A stretch of DNA of 64,000 nt from contig JBEKML010000001.1 of assembly GCA_050008535.1 (NCBI GenBank), positions 2,246 to 66,245 on the forward strand, in the 5' to 3' direction. This DNA is from Minisyncoccia bacterium. GTDB taxonomy: Bacteria > Patescibacteriota > Minisyncoccia > UBA6257 > 2-01-FULL-56-20. Both the position numbers and the translations under genes were made by a program. The notes beneath the pieces are model-generated. The model was not told where the DNA came from. It ran no database searches and worked only from the letters and a program-made list of their open reading frames with translations. This document shows, piece by piece, positions 10,003 through 20,648 of the stretch (the stretch's first letter is position 1; the number at the start of each line of letters is the position of its first letter).

Positions 10003-10884
10003 CTATTTATAGTACGCGCGGTTCTCCACGCGGAAATCAACGTACTGGAGTTTCGCGAAATTCGGTTTGGCCATCAAGCTTTGTAACACAGCGAGGTCGT
10101 TGTCTGCGGGAAAACGCAAGCTGAAGTATAGATCGGGGCCATCATAGGTGGTTACGCCGACTTCCTGAAGGCCAATATCTTTGAGCGCTACTTCGCGGAC
10201 GTTCGCACCGCTCGCTGTGAGAACTTTTACGATAGACATGAAATTCGGCACGAACTCGTCCGGCAGTATCTTGTTGCCCAGCCCTCGCCCGGCTTGGGAA
10301 TAATCATGGATGGCGAACAACGAGCTCCCCTGTGTGTCGTATGTTTTTCCAAAGAGGATCCCTTGATCATCAAACCAATAACAGGTCTCGCCGGATTCGA
10401 TAGCGGGCGGAGCGAATGCGGACGATGACGGCGCGGCGGCAGGCGCGGAAGGTGCTGAGAGGGCCTTATCCAAAACGAAACACCAGATGCCGAAGGGCTT
10501 CCGTTCCACAACTGACGCTATGATAGTGTGCGTGAAATAATTTTTTGAGAGCGTTACGGACGCGAGCTGCGGGATGAAGGCAAGCTCCTGATCGTTCAAC
10601 GCCGGCGGCCAAATAAGCATGTTCTTCAGGCCTAGGAGGGACATTAGAAAACCACGGTCGCTCGAGGCGTTTGATTGCAGGAGCGTGACAATGCTGTCGC
10701 TCGCGACGGCGCTGTTCCCTTTTATCACAACATTCTGTACGCGGAAGAACGGTGAATAAAGAATGAGCCATGTCGTTCCCACAAAGAGAATTACTATGAT
10801 CGCGGCAGCAACGACCACAAAGACGTAGCGCTGCCGGCGCTTTTTCTTTTTTTGCTTTTCCGAAAGATAAGAATCAATCTCCAT
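10003..10884 (-). CDS. FtsQ/DivIB-like cell division protein
   Basis: Basic N-terminus, single TM, POTRA-like 'FFRVQNVVIKGN', 'VVERKP', C-terminal 'YVDFRVENRAYYK'. Confidence 0.7.
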   Translation of the reverse strand: MEIDSYLSEKQKKKKRRQRYVFVVVAAAIIVILFVGTTWLILYSPFFRVQNVVIKGNSAVASDSIVTLLQSNASSDRGFLMSLLGLKNMLIWPPALNDQELAFIPQLASVTLSKNYFTHTIIASVVERKPFGIWCFVLDKALSAPSAPAAAPSSSAFAPPAIESGETCYWFDDQGILFGKTYDTQGSSLFAIHDYSQAGRGLGNKILPDEFVPNFMSIVKVLTASGANVREVALKDIGLQEVGVTTYDGPDLYFSLRFPADNDLAVLQSLMAKPNFAKLQYVDFRVENRAYYK

Positions 10885-10899
10885 AAGCAGGGCGGGGCA

Positions 10900-12066
10900 T
10901 CATACAAGAACGCGTTCCATGAGCGGATTGAGGCGCGTCAAAAATTCGTAATGGATGGTGCCCGTTTTCTGCGCCGGCTCCCACGCGAAAATTTCTTCGC
11001 CGGCATCGCGGCCGATGATCGTTGCGACGTCGCCCGGCCGCACGCGGCCCGCGGTCACAATCGCCGTCACGTCCATAGAAACCTTCCCAAGTACACGCGC
11101 CCGCCTGCCGTTCACGAGCGCCTCTCCCACACTCGAGAGCGCGCGGGGAAAACCATGCCAATATCCCAAGGGGAGGATCGCCATTTTGGCATCTTTCGGC
11201 ACGCGTTCGGACATATCGTAGCCAACGTAATCCCCCGCTTTGAGCGGTTTTACCTCGGAGACGACCGCCCGCCAGGCCAAAACCGGATGCAGTTTTATTT
11301 TGTGCCCAAGCTGCACCTCAAGTTCCTTGGAGGGCCAAAGGCCGTAAAGGCCGATGCCCACGCGCACCGCATCCAGGTGGTATTTTGGATTGATGAGCGT
11401 CCCGCCCGTTGCCGCAGCGTGCTTGATCAGGTTTTTGAATCCCGCTTTCAGAAAAAGCTTCACGGCTTTCTCAAATTTCGCGAACTGCTGCTCGGTGTAT
11501 GTGGGATAATTGAGGTCTTTCGCCGAAGCGAAATGCGTATAAATGCCGGCCAATTTTGACCTCGCCTCTTTTTTGCCAGTAATAATTTTTATCGTACGCG
11601 GGAGATCTTCAACATAGAATCCCTGTCGATGCATGCCGGTGTCTATTTTTATATGGAATTCCGGCGTTACCTTCGCGTGTATAAGCTCGCGGAGGGCGTC
11701 GTTATTGGAAATGGTGATGGTAATCCTGTTTTTCACCGCTGCCGGATACAGCGACGGCAACGTATATCCCAATACCAAGATCGGCTTTTTGATGCCCGCC
11801 TTCCGCAGTGCGACGCCCTCCACCAGACTGTCCACGCAAAAGCCGTCGATGCCGAAGCCGGCCATCAATTTCGAAAAGGCGAATATCCCGTGCCCGTACG
11901 CATTGGATTTCACAACCGCCCAGAGCTGCACCTTCTTCCGGTGCGGCGCGTTCCTGCCGATCAGCTTCCGGAACGTATCGTAATTCTTCCGGGCGGCGCG
12001 CGCGTCGATCTCAATCCACGTGCGGAGATGATCCGGCCGCTTAGCCGATGATCTCTTTTCCGACAT
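10900..12066 (-). CDS. alr: Alanine racemase
   Basis: PLP lysine motif 'AVVKSNAYGHG', 'HIKIDTGMHRQG', 'THFA', 'VRVGIGLYG', 'GKVSMD'. Confidence 0.95.
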   Translation of the reverse strand: MSEKRSSAKRPDHLRTWIEIDARAARKNYDTFRKLIGRNAPHRKKVQLWAVVKSNAYGHGIFAFSKLMAGFGIDGFCVDSLVEGVALRKAGIKKPILVLGYTLPSLYPAAVKNRITITISNNDALRELIHAKVTPEFHIKIDTGMHRQGFYVEDLPRTIKIITGKKEARSKLAGIYTHFASAKDLNYPTYTEQQFAKFEKAVKLFLKAGFKNLIKHAAATGGTLINPKYHLDAVRVGIGLYGLWPSKELEVQLGHKIKLHPVLAWRAVVSEVKPLKAGDYVGYDMSERVPKDAKMAILPLGYWHGFPRALSSVGEALVNGRRARVLGKVSMDVTAIVTAGRVRPGDVATIIGRDAGEEIFAWEPAQKTGTIHYEFLTRLNPLMERVLV

Positions 12067-13318
12067 ATTTTTGGAGCACCTTCGGGATCTCGATCTTGCC
12101 GTCTTTCGTCTGGTAATTCTCTATGATGGCGAGCGGGGTGCGGCTCATCGCGATAGCGGTCGCGTCGTTCATATGGACGAATTCAACTTTGCCGTCCTTG
12201 CGGCGGACGCGCGTACCCAAACGCCGCGCTTGATAGTCGCCCATATAATCCGCAGAGTGCGTCTCGCGATACTTATTTTCTGAAGGAATCCACGCTTCAA
12301 TGTCAATGTGGCGCGCATCCGGATCGCCCTGATCGCCCGTAGAACACATAACCACCTGGTAGGGCAGTTCGAGCGACCACATGATATATTCTTGTATCGC
12401 GACCAGGAATTCCTGTTCGGCAACGCCGTCCTCCGGCACCGTAAAACTTTCCAGTTCCAATTTGTCGAATTGATGCATCCGAAGAATGCCGCGGACGTCT
12501 TTCCCATAGGAACCCGCCTCGCGCCGGAAGCTCGTCGAAAAACCGACGTAGCGGATCGGCAACTTATTTTCCGGGATCGTCTCGTCCATATGAAGCGGTC
12601 CCATTGTATGCTCGGCAGAACCAATGAGATAGAGGTCGTCAGAAGGGATATAATAACGCTCTTCCTTCGGCTCGAGCCGGGCCATTTTTTGAAACACCTC
12701 CGGACGGATCATATCGGGGACCAGGACCGGCACGAATGTGCCCGCGTGATAGCCGGGCTTCACGCCGCTTGCGATGGACTCGATAATCTTCGGATTCGTG
12801 AGTATTTCAAGCCCGTACTGGATGAGAGCAAACTCAAGCAGCACCGCATCGCCTTTCAAATACACGAAACGGCTGCCGGAAATCTTGCCTGCCGATTCAA
12901 TATCAATGATGCCGAGCGCCTCGCCGAGCGCCACATGGTCCTTCGGTTTGAAATCAAATTTCTTGGGCTCGCCGTTCTTACGGAGCACCTTGTTCGCCGA
13001 CTCGTCCTTGCCTACCGGCGTATCCTCCGACGGCAAGTTTGGGATTTTCAACCAAACTTCTTCACGCTTTTTCTCGATCCCCCCAATTTTTTCTTCCAAC
13101 GATTTGATTTCCTCCTTGTTTTTTTTGCCGCCTTCAATATCCCGCTTTTCGCTCAACTTTTTTTGCTCCCCACGCTTTTCGCCGATGTCTTTCGTGAGCT
13201 TCCGCCACTCCTCGTCCAGCTTCAAAAATTCGTCCACCAACTTCGGGTCGGCGCCTTTTGCGGCAATCCCCTGTTTCACCTTTTCCGATTGCCCCCGGAG
13301 AAGTTCAACGTCAAGCAT
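12041..13318 (-). CDS. serS: Seryl-tRNA synthetase
   Basis: N-terminal coiled coil, 'IPNLPS', 'GSAEH', motif 2 'FRREAGSYGKDVRGILRMHQFDKLE'. Start moved to MLDVELLR. Confidence 0.95.
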   Translation of the reverse strand: MLDVELLRGQSEKVKQGIAAKGADPKLVDEFLKLDEEWRKLTKDIGEKRGEQKKLSEKRDIEGGKKNKEEIKSLEEKIGGIEKKREEVWLKIPNLPSEDTPVGKDESANKVLRKNGEPKKFDFKPKDHVALGEALGIIDIESAGKISGSRFVYLKGDAVLLEFALIQYGLEILTNPKIIESIASGVKPGYHAGTFVPVLVPDMIRPEVFQKMARLEPKEERYYIPSDDLYLIGSAEHTMGPLHMDETIPENKLPIRYVGFSTSFRREAGSYGKDVRGILRMHQFDKLELESFTVPEDGVAEQEFLVAIQEYIMWSLELPYQVVMCSTGDQGDPDARHIDIEAWIPSENKYRETHSADYMGDYQARRLGTRVRRKDGKVEFVHMNDATAIAMSRTPLAIIENYQTKDGKIEIPKVLQKYVGKEIIG

Positions 13319-13407
13319 GTTCCCATCATATCCCTTTTTTGAACTTAGGTGAAGCGCCAAAAGCTCCCTTTGAAAATATCTCTTTTTCAGCATAGAATGA
13401 TAATATT

Positions 13408-15162
13408 ATGCCGAAAACAGAATCGAAGGCCTCTTTGGACCCCATCCGCCACTCGCTCGCGCACTTGCTCGCAGCGGCGGTTTTGAAAGAATTTCCGGAC
13501 GCGAAGCTTGCTATCGGCCCCACAATAGAGAACGGCTTTTATTATGATTTCCTGCTTCCCCGTTCGCTTTCGCCGGAAGATTTGAAAACTTTTGAGAAAA
13601 CGATGCGGGATCTCGCAAAGAAGGATCTGCCGTTCGTGGGGAAAGAGGTCTCCGCAACCGAAGCGAAAAAGCTCTTCGCCGACCAGCCATTCAAACTGGA
13701 ACTCATCAAGGAATTTTTGGATGCCGGCGAAAAACTGACGGTCTACCACACGGGCGACATCTTCGTGGACCTCTGCCGCGGCGGGCACGTGACGAACACG
13801 AAAGAGATCCCGCTTGACGGGTTCAAGCTTGATAAAATCGCCGGTGCCTACTGGCGTGGCAGCGAAAAGAACCCGATGCTCCAGCGTATTTACGGGCTTG
13901 CGTTCGGAAGCAAAAAAGAGCTTGAAGAATATTTGAAGCTTATCGAGGAGGCGAAGAGACGCGATCACAAAGTGCTCGGCCCGGCGCTTGATCTTTTTAC
14001 CTTCTCGGACCTTGTAGGGCCGGGGCTCCCCCTCTGGACACCGAAGGGGACGCTCATCCGGAATCTGCTTGATGATTTTGTCTGGGAGCTTCGGAAAAAG
14101 CGCGGCTACGTGAAAGTGGAGATCCCCCACATCACCAAAAAAGAACTTTACGAGACGAGCGGCCACTGGGAAAAATTCAAAGATGAGCTCCTGAAGATCG
14201 AAACGCGTGAAGGGCACGTTTTCGCAATGAAGCCGATGAACTGCCCGCATCACACGCAGATCTACGCCCGCAAGCCGTGGAGCTACCGCGAACTTCCGCA
14301 GCGCTACGCAAACACCACCACGTGCTATCGCGACGAACAGACGGGCGAACTCTCCGGCCTCTCGCGCGTACGCGCGTTTGCGCAGGACGACGCCCACGTA
14401 TTCTGCCGCATGATACAGGCAAAAGAAGAATTTCTAAAGATATGGGATATTGTTAACGAATTTTATCCAGTGTTTGGATTCAAACTTCGTGTGCGCCTTT
14501 CCCTGCACGATCCGGCCTACCCTGAAAAATATCTCGGCGATAAAAAAAGTTGGGCGACCGCCGAAAACATTTTGCGCGAGATCGTCACCGAGAAAAAGGT
14601 GGATTGGTTTGAAGGTGTTGGTGAAGCCGCGTTCTACGGCCCGAAACTGGACTTTATGGCGAAGGATGCCCTGGGCCGCGAATGGCAGGTTGCCACCATC
14701 CAGCTTGATATGAACATGCCAGACCGCTTTGACCTTGTCTGCACAAATGAAAACGGAGAAAAAGAGCGTATCGTGATGATCCATGCCGCCATCATGGGTT
14801 CCATTGAGCGGTTTTTATCAATTCTGATAGAACATACGGCCGGTGCCTTCCCCGTCTGGCTTGCGCCCGTGCAGGCGACGGTGCTTCCAGTAAGTGAAAA
14901 ATTCTCGGCATATGGCGAAAAAATCTATAAAGCGCTTCTTGCAGCCGGCATCCGCGCGGAACTTTCTGAGGCGAACGAATCGCTCGGCAAGCGCATCCGT
15001 GCGGCAGAATTGATGAAGGTCCCCTATGTGCTCGTGGTCGGCGAGAAAGAAGAGAAGGACGGTATGGTCGCCGTGCGGAGCCGGAAAGGAGATGAAGGCC
15101 CAGTGGAACTCGCAGAATGGTTGGGAAAGATCCAAAAGGAGATCGCGGCGCGGTCGCTCTAA
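13408..15162 (+). CDS. thrS: Threonyl-tRNA synthetase
   Basis: 'RHSLAHLLA', 'DLCRGGH', 'KPMNCPHH', 'GEAAFYGPK', 'GSIERF'. Confidence 0.97.
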   Translation: MPKTESKASLDPIRHSLAHLLAAAVLKEFPDAKLAIGPTIENGFYYDFLLPRSLSPEDLKTFEKTMRDLAKKDLPFVGKEVSATEAKKLFADQPFKLELIKEFLDAGEKLTVYHTGDIFVDLCRGGHVTNTKEIPLDGFKLDKIAGAYWRGSEKNPMLQRIYGLAFGSKKELEEYLKLIEEAKRRDHKVLGPALDLFTFSDLVGPGLPLWTPKGTLIRNLLDDFVWELRKKRGYVKVEIPHITKKELYETSGHWEKFKDELLKIETREGHVFAMKPMNCPHHTQIYARKPWSYRELPQRYANTTTCYRDEQTGELSGLSRVRAFAQDDAHVFCRMIQAKEEFLKIWDIVNEFYPVFGFKLRVRLSLHDPAYPEKYLGDKKSWATAENILREIVTEKKVDWFEGVGEAAFYGPKLDFMAKDALGREWQVATIQLDMNMPDRFDLVCTNENGEKERIVMIHAAIMGSIERFLSILIEHTAGAFPVWLAPVQATVLPVSEKFSAYGEKIYKALLAAGIRAELSEANESLGKRIRAAELMKVPYVLVVGEKEEKDGMVAVRSRKGDEGPVELAEWLGKIQKEIAARSL

Positions 15163-15164
15163 AA

Positions 15165-16118
15165 ATGCCCAAGATCGTCGCCGTCGTAGGCCCCACGGCG
15201 AGCGGAAAAACGGCGCTCGCCATCGCAATCGCGCGGCGCTTTGACGGCGAGATCGTTTCCGCCGACTCACGGCAGGTCTACCGCGGGATGGATATAGGCA
15301 CCGCGAAACCGACAAGAACGGAAATGCGGGCGGCGCCTCACCATCTTATTGATATAAAAAACCCGGATGAGGAGTACGCGGTTGCGGAATATAAAGAAGA
15401 CGCACTTTTAGCGATACGGGACATTCTTGCAAGGAAAAAATTGCCGATCGTGATCGGCGGTACGGGCCTCTACGTTAAAGCGGTCCTTGAAAATCTTGAT
15501 ATCCCGAAAATAAAAGCAAATCCGGCGTTGCGCGAACGATTAGAGCGGGAAATAAAAGAACGGGGCTTGCCGGCCGTATTCGATAAATTGGTCGCGCTCG
15601 ATCCCGAAGCGGCGTACGTCGTTGACCCAAAAAATCCGCGGCGCATCGTGCGCGCGCTCGAGGTCGCACTCACAACGGGCATACCCTTCACCGCCCAGCG
15701 CAAAAAGAACGAACCGCTGTTTGACGCGCTTGTGATCGGCCTCAACCCCCCGCCGGATATTCTCCGTAAGCGGATCGACGCGCGCGTCGACCGGATGGTC
15801 CGCGATGGGCTTGTAAAAGAAACTGAACAATTGGTAAAGAAATATGGTGCGGATTGCCAGGCACTTGATGCCATCGGCTATCGCGAAATCATTGATTATC
15901 TTCAGAAAAAACACTCTCTTCCCGAAACGGTTGCGCTCATCAAAACGAATACATGGCATTACGCGAAGCGGCAACTGACCTGGTTCAGAAAAGATAAAAC
16001 AGTGCGGTGGATGCGGGGAAAAAGCAAAACATTCGCCGCGATAAAAAAATGGTTGGGCGACCCGCGGGCGCCGCACCGTCCAGGCGCTACTTCAAGTGCC
16101 GCTCGAAAAGTTCCTTAA
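15165..16118 (+). CDS. miaA: tRNA dimethylallyltransferase
   Basis: 'GPTASGKT', 'SADSRQVYRGMDIGTAKP', 'GGTGLY', 'YAKRQLTWF'. Confidence 0.96.
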   Translation: MPKIVAVVGPTASGKTALAIAIARRFDGEIVSADSRQVYRGMDIGTAKPTRTEMRAAPHHLIDIKNPDEEYAVAEYKEDALLAIRDILARKKLPIVIGGTGLYVKAVLENLDIPKIKANPALRERLEREIKERGLPAVFDKLVALDPEAAYVVDPKNPRRIVRALEVALTTGIPFTAQRKKNEPLFDALVIGLNPPPDILRKRIDARVDRMVRDGLVKETEQLVKKYGADCQALDAIGYREIIDYLQKKHSLPETVALIKTNTWHYAKRQLTWFRKDKTVRWMRGKSKTFAAIKKWLGDPRAPHRPGATSSAARKVP

Positions 16119-17499
16119 GCGTCGCAGGTTGCGCGCGACCCTTCAATATGCCCATCGCCTTGCCGATCAAGAATTGCAAGCTCGCCGTCTTTCCCTTCCT
16201 GTAGTCCGCTACGGCGGCGTGGTTCTCCGCAATAACTGCCAAGACCACCGCTTCAATCTCCCCCGCGTCGGAGGCAACACCGATGTTCTCGTTCCCCGCG
16301 ATATCTTCGGGATCGTCGCCCGTTGCGAACATCTTGGTGAGCATGTCCTTCGCCTGGCGCGTCGTTATTTTTTTCTCTTCGATGAGCCCCGCAAGATGCG
16401 CCAGATGTTCGGGATTCACTTTCAGGTCCGCGAACGATACGCCCTCCTGATTCATAAGTCCGCGAAGGTCGCTCGTTAAATAATGATAGAGCGTCGTAAC
16501 ACCCGCATTAGGAAGGCGCTCCTTTAATTCGGACGTTGCCGCCTCAAAATAGTTCGCCATTTCCGGCTCAGCTATCAACATTTCCACCTGCTTTGCGTCC
16601 AAGCCATACTCTTTCGCGAAGCGCGTGCGCTTTCCTGCCGGAAGCTCCGGAAGCGTCGCGCGCAACCGCTCCGGATCAAAGATTTTCGTCTCAAAAGGCG
16701 GGATGTCCGGTTCGGGGAAATAACGGTAGTCGTGCGCTTCTTCTTTTGAGCGCTGTAGAACGGTCTTCTGCTTCGCCTCGTCCCATCCGCGCGTCTCTTG
16801 CGTTATTTTCTCGCCGCGCGTGAGCGCTTCCTCCTGCCGCTTCAATTCGTACTGCACCGCATCGTGCACCGCTCTGAACGAATTGATGTTTTTGAGCTCT
16901 ATCTTCGTGCCCATATCCAAACTCACGTTCGCTTCAATGCGCATCTCTCCTTTTTCCATGTCGGCGTCCGAAACGCCCAAAAAACGCAGGATGAGCTGGA
17001 ACTCCCGCGCAAACGCCGTCGTATCGTCCGCGCTCCTCAAGTCCGGCTCCGTCACCAGCTCCATGAGCGGCACGCCTGAACGGTTATAGTCCACGAGCGA
17101 TGCTCCGCCCGCGTGCACAAGTGTCCCCGTATCTTCTTCAAGGTGCACGCGCCGGATGCGTACGCCGTTCAAGGCACCGCCCGTAACGAGCGGCTGGTCA
17201 TACTGCGAAATTTGATAGCCCTTTGGAAGGTCGGGGTAAAAATAATTCTTGCGGTCAAATTTCGTGATCTCGTTCACGCGACCGCCGAGCGCGAGCCCAA
17301 CCTTGATCACGTCTTCAATCGCCTGTTTATTGGGGACGGGCAGCGTCCCCGGATGGCCAAGGCACACCGGGCAGACATTTACGTTTGGATGCTTTTCCTC
17401 CGGATCGTTCAACGAATCACAAAACATCTTCGTCCGCGTTTTGAGCTCTGCGTGAATTTCCAGGCCGATCGTAGGGCTATATTCTTTCGCCGCTGCCAT
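16087..17499 (-). CDS. gatB: Asp/Glu-tRNA amidotransferase subunit B
   Basis: 'IGLEIHAEL', 'RKNYFYPDLPKGYQISQ', 'HLEED', 'DYRYFPEPD'. Confidence 0.97.
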   Translation of the reverse strand: MAAAKEYSPTIGLEIHAELKTRTKMFCDSLNDPEEKHPNVNVCPVCLGHPGTLPVPNKQAIEDVIKVGLALGGRVNEITKFDRKNYFYPDLPKGYQISQYDQPLVTGGALNGVRIRRVHLEEDTGTLVHAGGASLVDYNRSGVPLMELVTEPDLRSADDTTAFAREFQLILRFLGVSDADMEKGEMRIEANVSLDMGTKIELKNINSFRAVHDAVQYELKRQEEALTRGEKITQETRGWDEAKQKTVLQRSKEEAHDYRYFPEPDIPPFETKIFDPERLRATLPELPAGKRTRFAKEYGLDAKQVEMLIAEPEMANYFEAATSELKERLPNAGVTTLYHYLTSDLRGLMNQEGVSFADLKVNPEHLAHLAGLIEEKKITTRQAKDMLTKMFATGDDPEDIAGNENIGVASDAGEIEAVVLAVIAENHAAVADYRKGKTASLQFLIGKAMGILKGRAQPATLKELFERHLK

Positions 17500-17540
17500 A
17501 GGTTTGATTATTTGCGATTTGGGACATAAAGTAAAGGCAA

Positions 17541-18866
17541 ATGCCCAAGAACATTCGCACGCCGAAGGTGGTCGCAGATCCTATTTACGGCATCGTGGAT
17601 ATCCGGCCGGTGCTTCCGATGGTGGAAACCCCGGCGTTCCAGGCGCTCGGCGACAAGCGGCAGCTCGGTATGGCGTATCTTACCTTCCCGTCGGCCACGC
17701 ACACGCGGAAGGCGCATTCCTTGGGCGCCTATCATGCGACGCGCGAACTTGCCGACCGGTGGATCAAATTAGGATTCATCAAAAAGCGCGAGGGCGATGC
17801 GCTTGCGGGCTACGCGCTCTACCACGACATCGGCCATCCGGCGTTTTCCCACGTGACGGAACCCTTTTGCGCGATGCCTGCGGGGATCCGCGGCATGAGC
17901 GCAAATAGCGCCTTGAGTTTGGCCGTTATTCGGGAGCACAAAAAAGAGATCAAGGCCTGTGGTATTGATTTTGCGCTGCTTTGCGCGCTCGCGAGCCACG
18001 AACATCCGCTCCATGTGGCCGTAAGCGACAAAAATCTCGGCACGGAAAAATTGGATTATTTGGAGCGCGACGGAGCGGTCACCATTTTGAGCCGTCCGCC
18101 CGGCCTCTCCTATCTCCGCGAACACATCTATTTCATAAACGGCAAACTGGCCGCGGACGAAAAAGTGGTTGACAACGCCATTGAGGCGCAGAATTTCTAC
18201 CTCAAAATGTACAAAAACGTATATCTGCGGAAGGCGTCGGTCATCGCCCAGCGCATGCTCCAGAAAATGGTCCATCACCTTATCCTCGCGGGAGAGATCG
18301 CGCCGGACGATCTCTTACAACTCACCGATTCGGAGCTCTTGGGCGTCATACGCCTTTCAAAAGATCATCTTGTGAACACGCTGTATGATCTTTTAAAACG
18401 CCGCAATCTTTTCCGCGAGGCGATCGTTGTAAGGCCGGAGCGATTCATGGATATTGAGACGAAAACGGAAAAAGGGGTGGCTATCTTCGGCGCCGCAGAA
18501 CGCACGATGGCACGGCTTATAAACTCCCCGACATTCCGGGTTAAAAACCAAAGCGGTCTTGAAGCGGCGGAGGCGGAAATCGCAAAGATCGCCGGAATTC
18601 CGCCCAAATTCGTCCTCATCGCCCCCATAGCGACGCCGGAACGCTTTGATGCCCGTGATATCATGATCTATCAAGACAACGCAAAAAAATTGGTGTCCCT
18701 GCGGAAGCAATATCCGGCGCATTTCAAGAATCTCGAAGAGATCGCGCAAAGCTATCTCGCTTTCCGCGTCTGCACCACGGAAAAATATCGAAAAGCGCTT
18801 TCCGCCCCGCGCACCGCGCGGAAAATATTCAAATTTTTGACGGCTCACGCCACTTCCGCCTGGTAG
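17541..18866 (+). CDS. HD-domain phosphohydrolase (dNTP triphosphohydrolase/SAMHD1-like family)
   Basis: 'DPIYG', 'QLG...FPSATHTRKAHSLG', 'HDIGHPAFSH', 'KLDYLERD'. Confidence 0.8.
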   Translation: MPKNIRTPKVVADPIYGIVDIRPVLPMVETPAFQALGDKRQLGMAYLTFPSATHTRKAHSLGAYHATRELADRWIKLGFIKKREGDALAGYALYHDIGHPAFSHVTEPFCAMPAGIRGMSANSALSLAVIREHKKEIKACGIDFALLCALASHEHPLHVAVSDKNLGTEKLDYLERDGAVTILSRPPGLSYLREHIYFINGKLAADEKVVDNAIEAQNFYLKMYKNVYLRKASVIAQRMLQKMVHHLILAGEIAPDDLLQLTDSELLGVIRLSKDHLVNTLYDLLKRRNLFREAIVVRPERFMDIETKTEKGVAIFGAAERTMARLINSPTFRVKNQSGLEAAEAEIAKIAGIPPKFVLIAPIATPERFDARDIMIYQDNAKKLVSLRKQYPAHFKNLEEIAQSYLAFRVCTTEKYRKALSAPRTARKIFKFLTAHATSAW

Positions 18867-20635
18867 CACTGTTCGCAGTAGACGATTTCCGATTGATCCG
18901 GCGAATAGGTCGTTCGAAACGCGTGTGGGCACCGCACCGACTCATGAAAATGTGAAGTCGTATTGACATAGGCTCCGTTTGCTGATTTTGCTCCCTCGCA
19001 TTGGCACGCTCGATCATAAAACTTAATAGGATTCCTTTGGCGTAAGAGATAATAGTGGCGGCAATTATAGCACGACCGAGGAAGAGGCAGTTTCAGTTTC
19101 CGATAAAACGCCAATTCTTCTTTGGTGAACTTGAACGCGGTCGTGCACTGCTCATTGCAACTACCTCCATGTTCGCAGCCGATAGTTTCTTCCAGTGCAG
19201 AGTCCGAAACATCTTTTATGTCGTCCGGCAGATCCGCCGCGTTGTGTTGAATGTTGTAATCCTTTTTCTCGGAATCCCGCCATTTATATCCTCTTGCAAC
19301 TGCCTCCTTTTTAGTGAGCGGAAAATACTTTTGTGCGATAGTTTCATTGTAGGTGTAGGCGGACATCTCCGGAGGGAAAAACTCGCCATATTTATAGGTT
19401 TTTCCTTGTCTGTCGATATAGGGCATCGCGTTCATATGTGCCACGATTTTCGGCACGAGCCCTTCGTATTCCTCTTTCGTATATTGCTTGTTTAAAATAC
19501 AGTACTGTTTATTCCGAAGCGCCATGCAGCCGAAAAGGTCAGAGTTGCGTGCGAGAATGTGCCAGCAGTATTGGAGGTTAAATGCGTCGCTCCAGGTGTC
19601 GTAGCAAAATTTAACATCGTTCTGATTATTGCCCGACCCCATACACTCGTAAATTCTTAGGGCCTTCGCTCCCCACATGGTGAAGTCATAAGAATCCTTT
19701 GTTCCATTAATGAAAAGAAAATGGCAATATTTCGAATCTTCCGCACCGCCGACTTCATAGCTTGAAAACACATTCTTGGAATTGAATATATAGTCGCCGG
19801 ACACATCCGCGTTTTGTAATCCCTCCATAAACTTGCGGGGATAACCGATATGAACCTCCCTTGCCCGACGAGCGAGCTGCTGGATCGTTTTGTACGAACC
19901 CGTATTCCATTCGGCAATTTTATTGGAATATTCTTCTTTGGTGTACGGCTGATTGAAGATATAGTACTGCTTGTTGCGCAGATTGATGCACCCCAAACAA
20001 TTGGAACAGCCTCTGAGATTCTTGGAAAACCACACATCCACGCACTCATTACAGTTATTGGAAAAGAATGTCCGGAAACACTTGAATAAATTTGTGCTCA
20101 TGTAGCAAAACTCGCACAGATCCGAGATGTAGAGATCCAGGCAGTTCTTGCTCCTTTCCAAGACAGTAGAATAGGCGCAATCCTCGTCGTAGTCGGAGTT
20201 GAAAAGGAGGTAGCAATTTTTAAGATAGGAGCCGATGTTGCAATAATCACTGTTTACTAAAGTTGAATGCATCGTCTGCGGCCCAAAATCCGGCACGGAA
20301 CGAAAAAGTTCGTTGAGTTGTTCAAAGAAAGGACGGGAGAAATCTATTTCTTTGCCATACATCAGGGGATCCCACTTGTCAGACCACCAGCAGGGCTGAC
20401 AGTATACCGGCCTCCCTGCATTCTCTGGAAATATCGAGATAACCTGTTTATTGCACAAGTCACAACCACGCCGATGGAGGGAACGCTCATTAAGAAAAAC
20501 CATCCTCCTTTTAAGGCGGCAGTCCGGACACCAGGTCGGTGGCGGAACCTTGATATTTCCGTAGAACGCAAAATCTTCCTGTTCGATGACAAAAGACGAT
20601 TTGCAGTTCTGGCATGTTTTCGTCTGGGAATCCAT
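18845..20635 (-). CDS. Cys-rich CPR-type protein with N- and C-terminal CxxC zinc-ribbon motifs and internal repeats, paralog A
   Basis: 'CQNC...PPTWCPDC...CDLC...YCQPCWWSDKWDP', repeated 'CxNLRNKQYxIxNxxYTKEEY', terminal 'VYCEQCYQAEVA'. Start at MDSQ by alignment to paralog B. Confidence 0.75.
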   Translation of the reverse strand: MDSQTKTCQNCKSSFVIEQEDFAFYGNIKVPPPTWCPDCRLKRRMVFLNERSLHRRGCDLCNKQVISIFPENAGRPVYCQPCWWSDKWDPLMYGKEIDFSRPFFEQLNELFRSVPDFGPQTMHSTLVNSDYCNIGSYLKNCYLLFNSDYDEDCAYSTVLERSKNCLDLYISDLCEFCYMSTNLFKCFRTFFSNNCNECVDVWFSKNLRGCSNCLGCINLRNKQYYIFNQPYTKEEYSNKIAEWNTGSYKTIQQLARRAREVHIGYPRKFMEGLQNADVSGDYIFNSKNVFSSYEVGGAEDSKYCHFLFINGTKDSYDFTMWGAKALRIYECMGSGNNQNDVKFCYDTWSDAFNLQYCWHILARNSDLFGCMALRNKQYCILNKQYTKEEYEGLVPKIVAHMNAMPYIDRQGKTYKYGEFFPPEMSAYTYNETIAQKYFPLTKKEAVARGYKWRDSEKKDYNIQHNAADLPDDIKDVSDSALEETIGCEHGGSCNEQCTTAFKFTKEELAFYRKLKLPLPRSCYNCRHYYLLRQRNPIKFYDRACQCEGAKSANGAYVNTTSHFHESVRCPHAFRTTYSPDQSEIVYCEQCYQAEVA

Positions 20636-20648
20636 ATGCCTCTTTTTA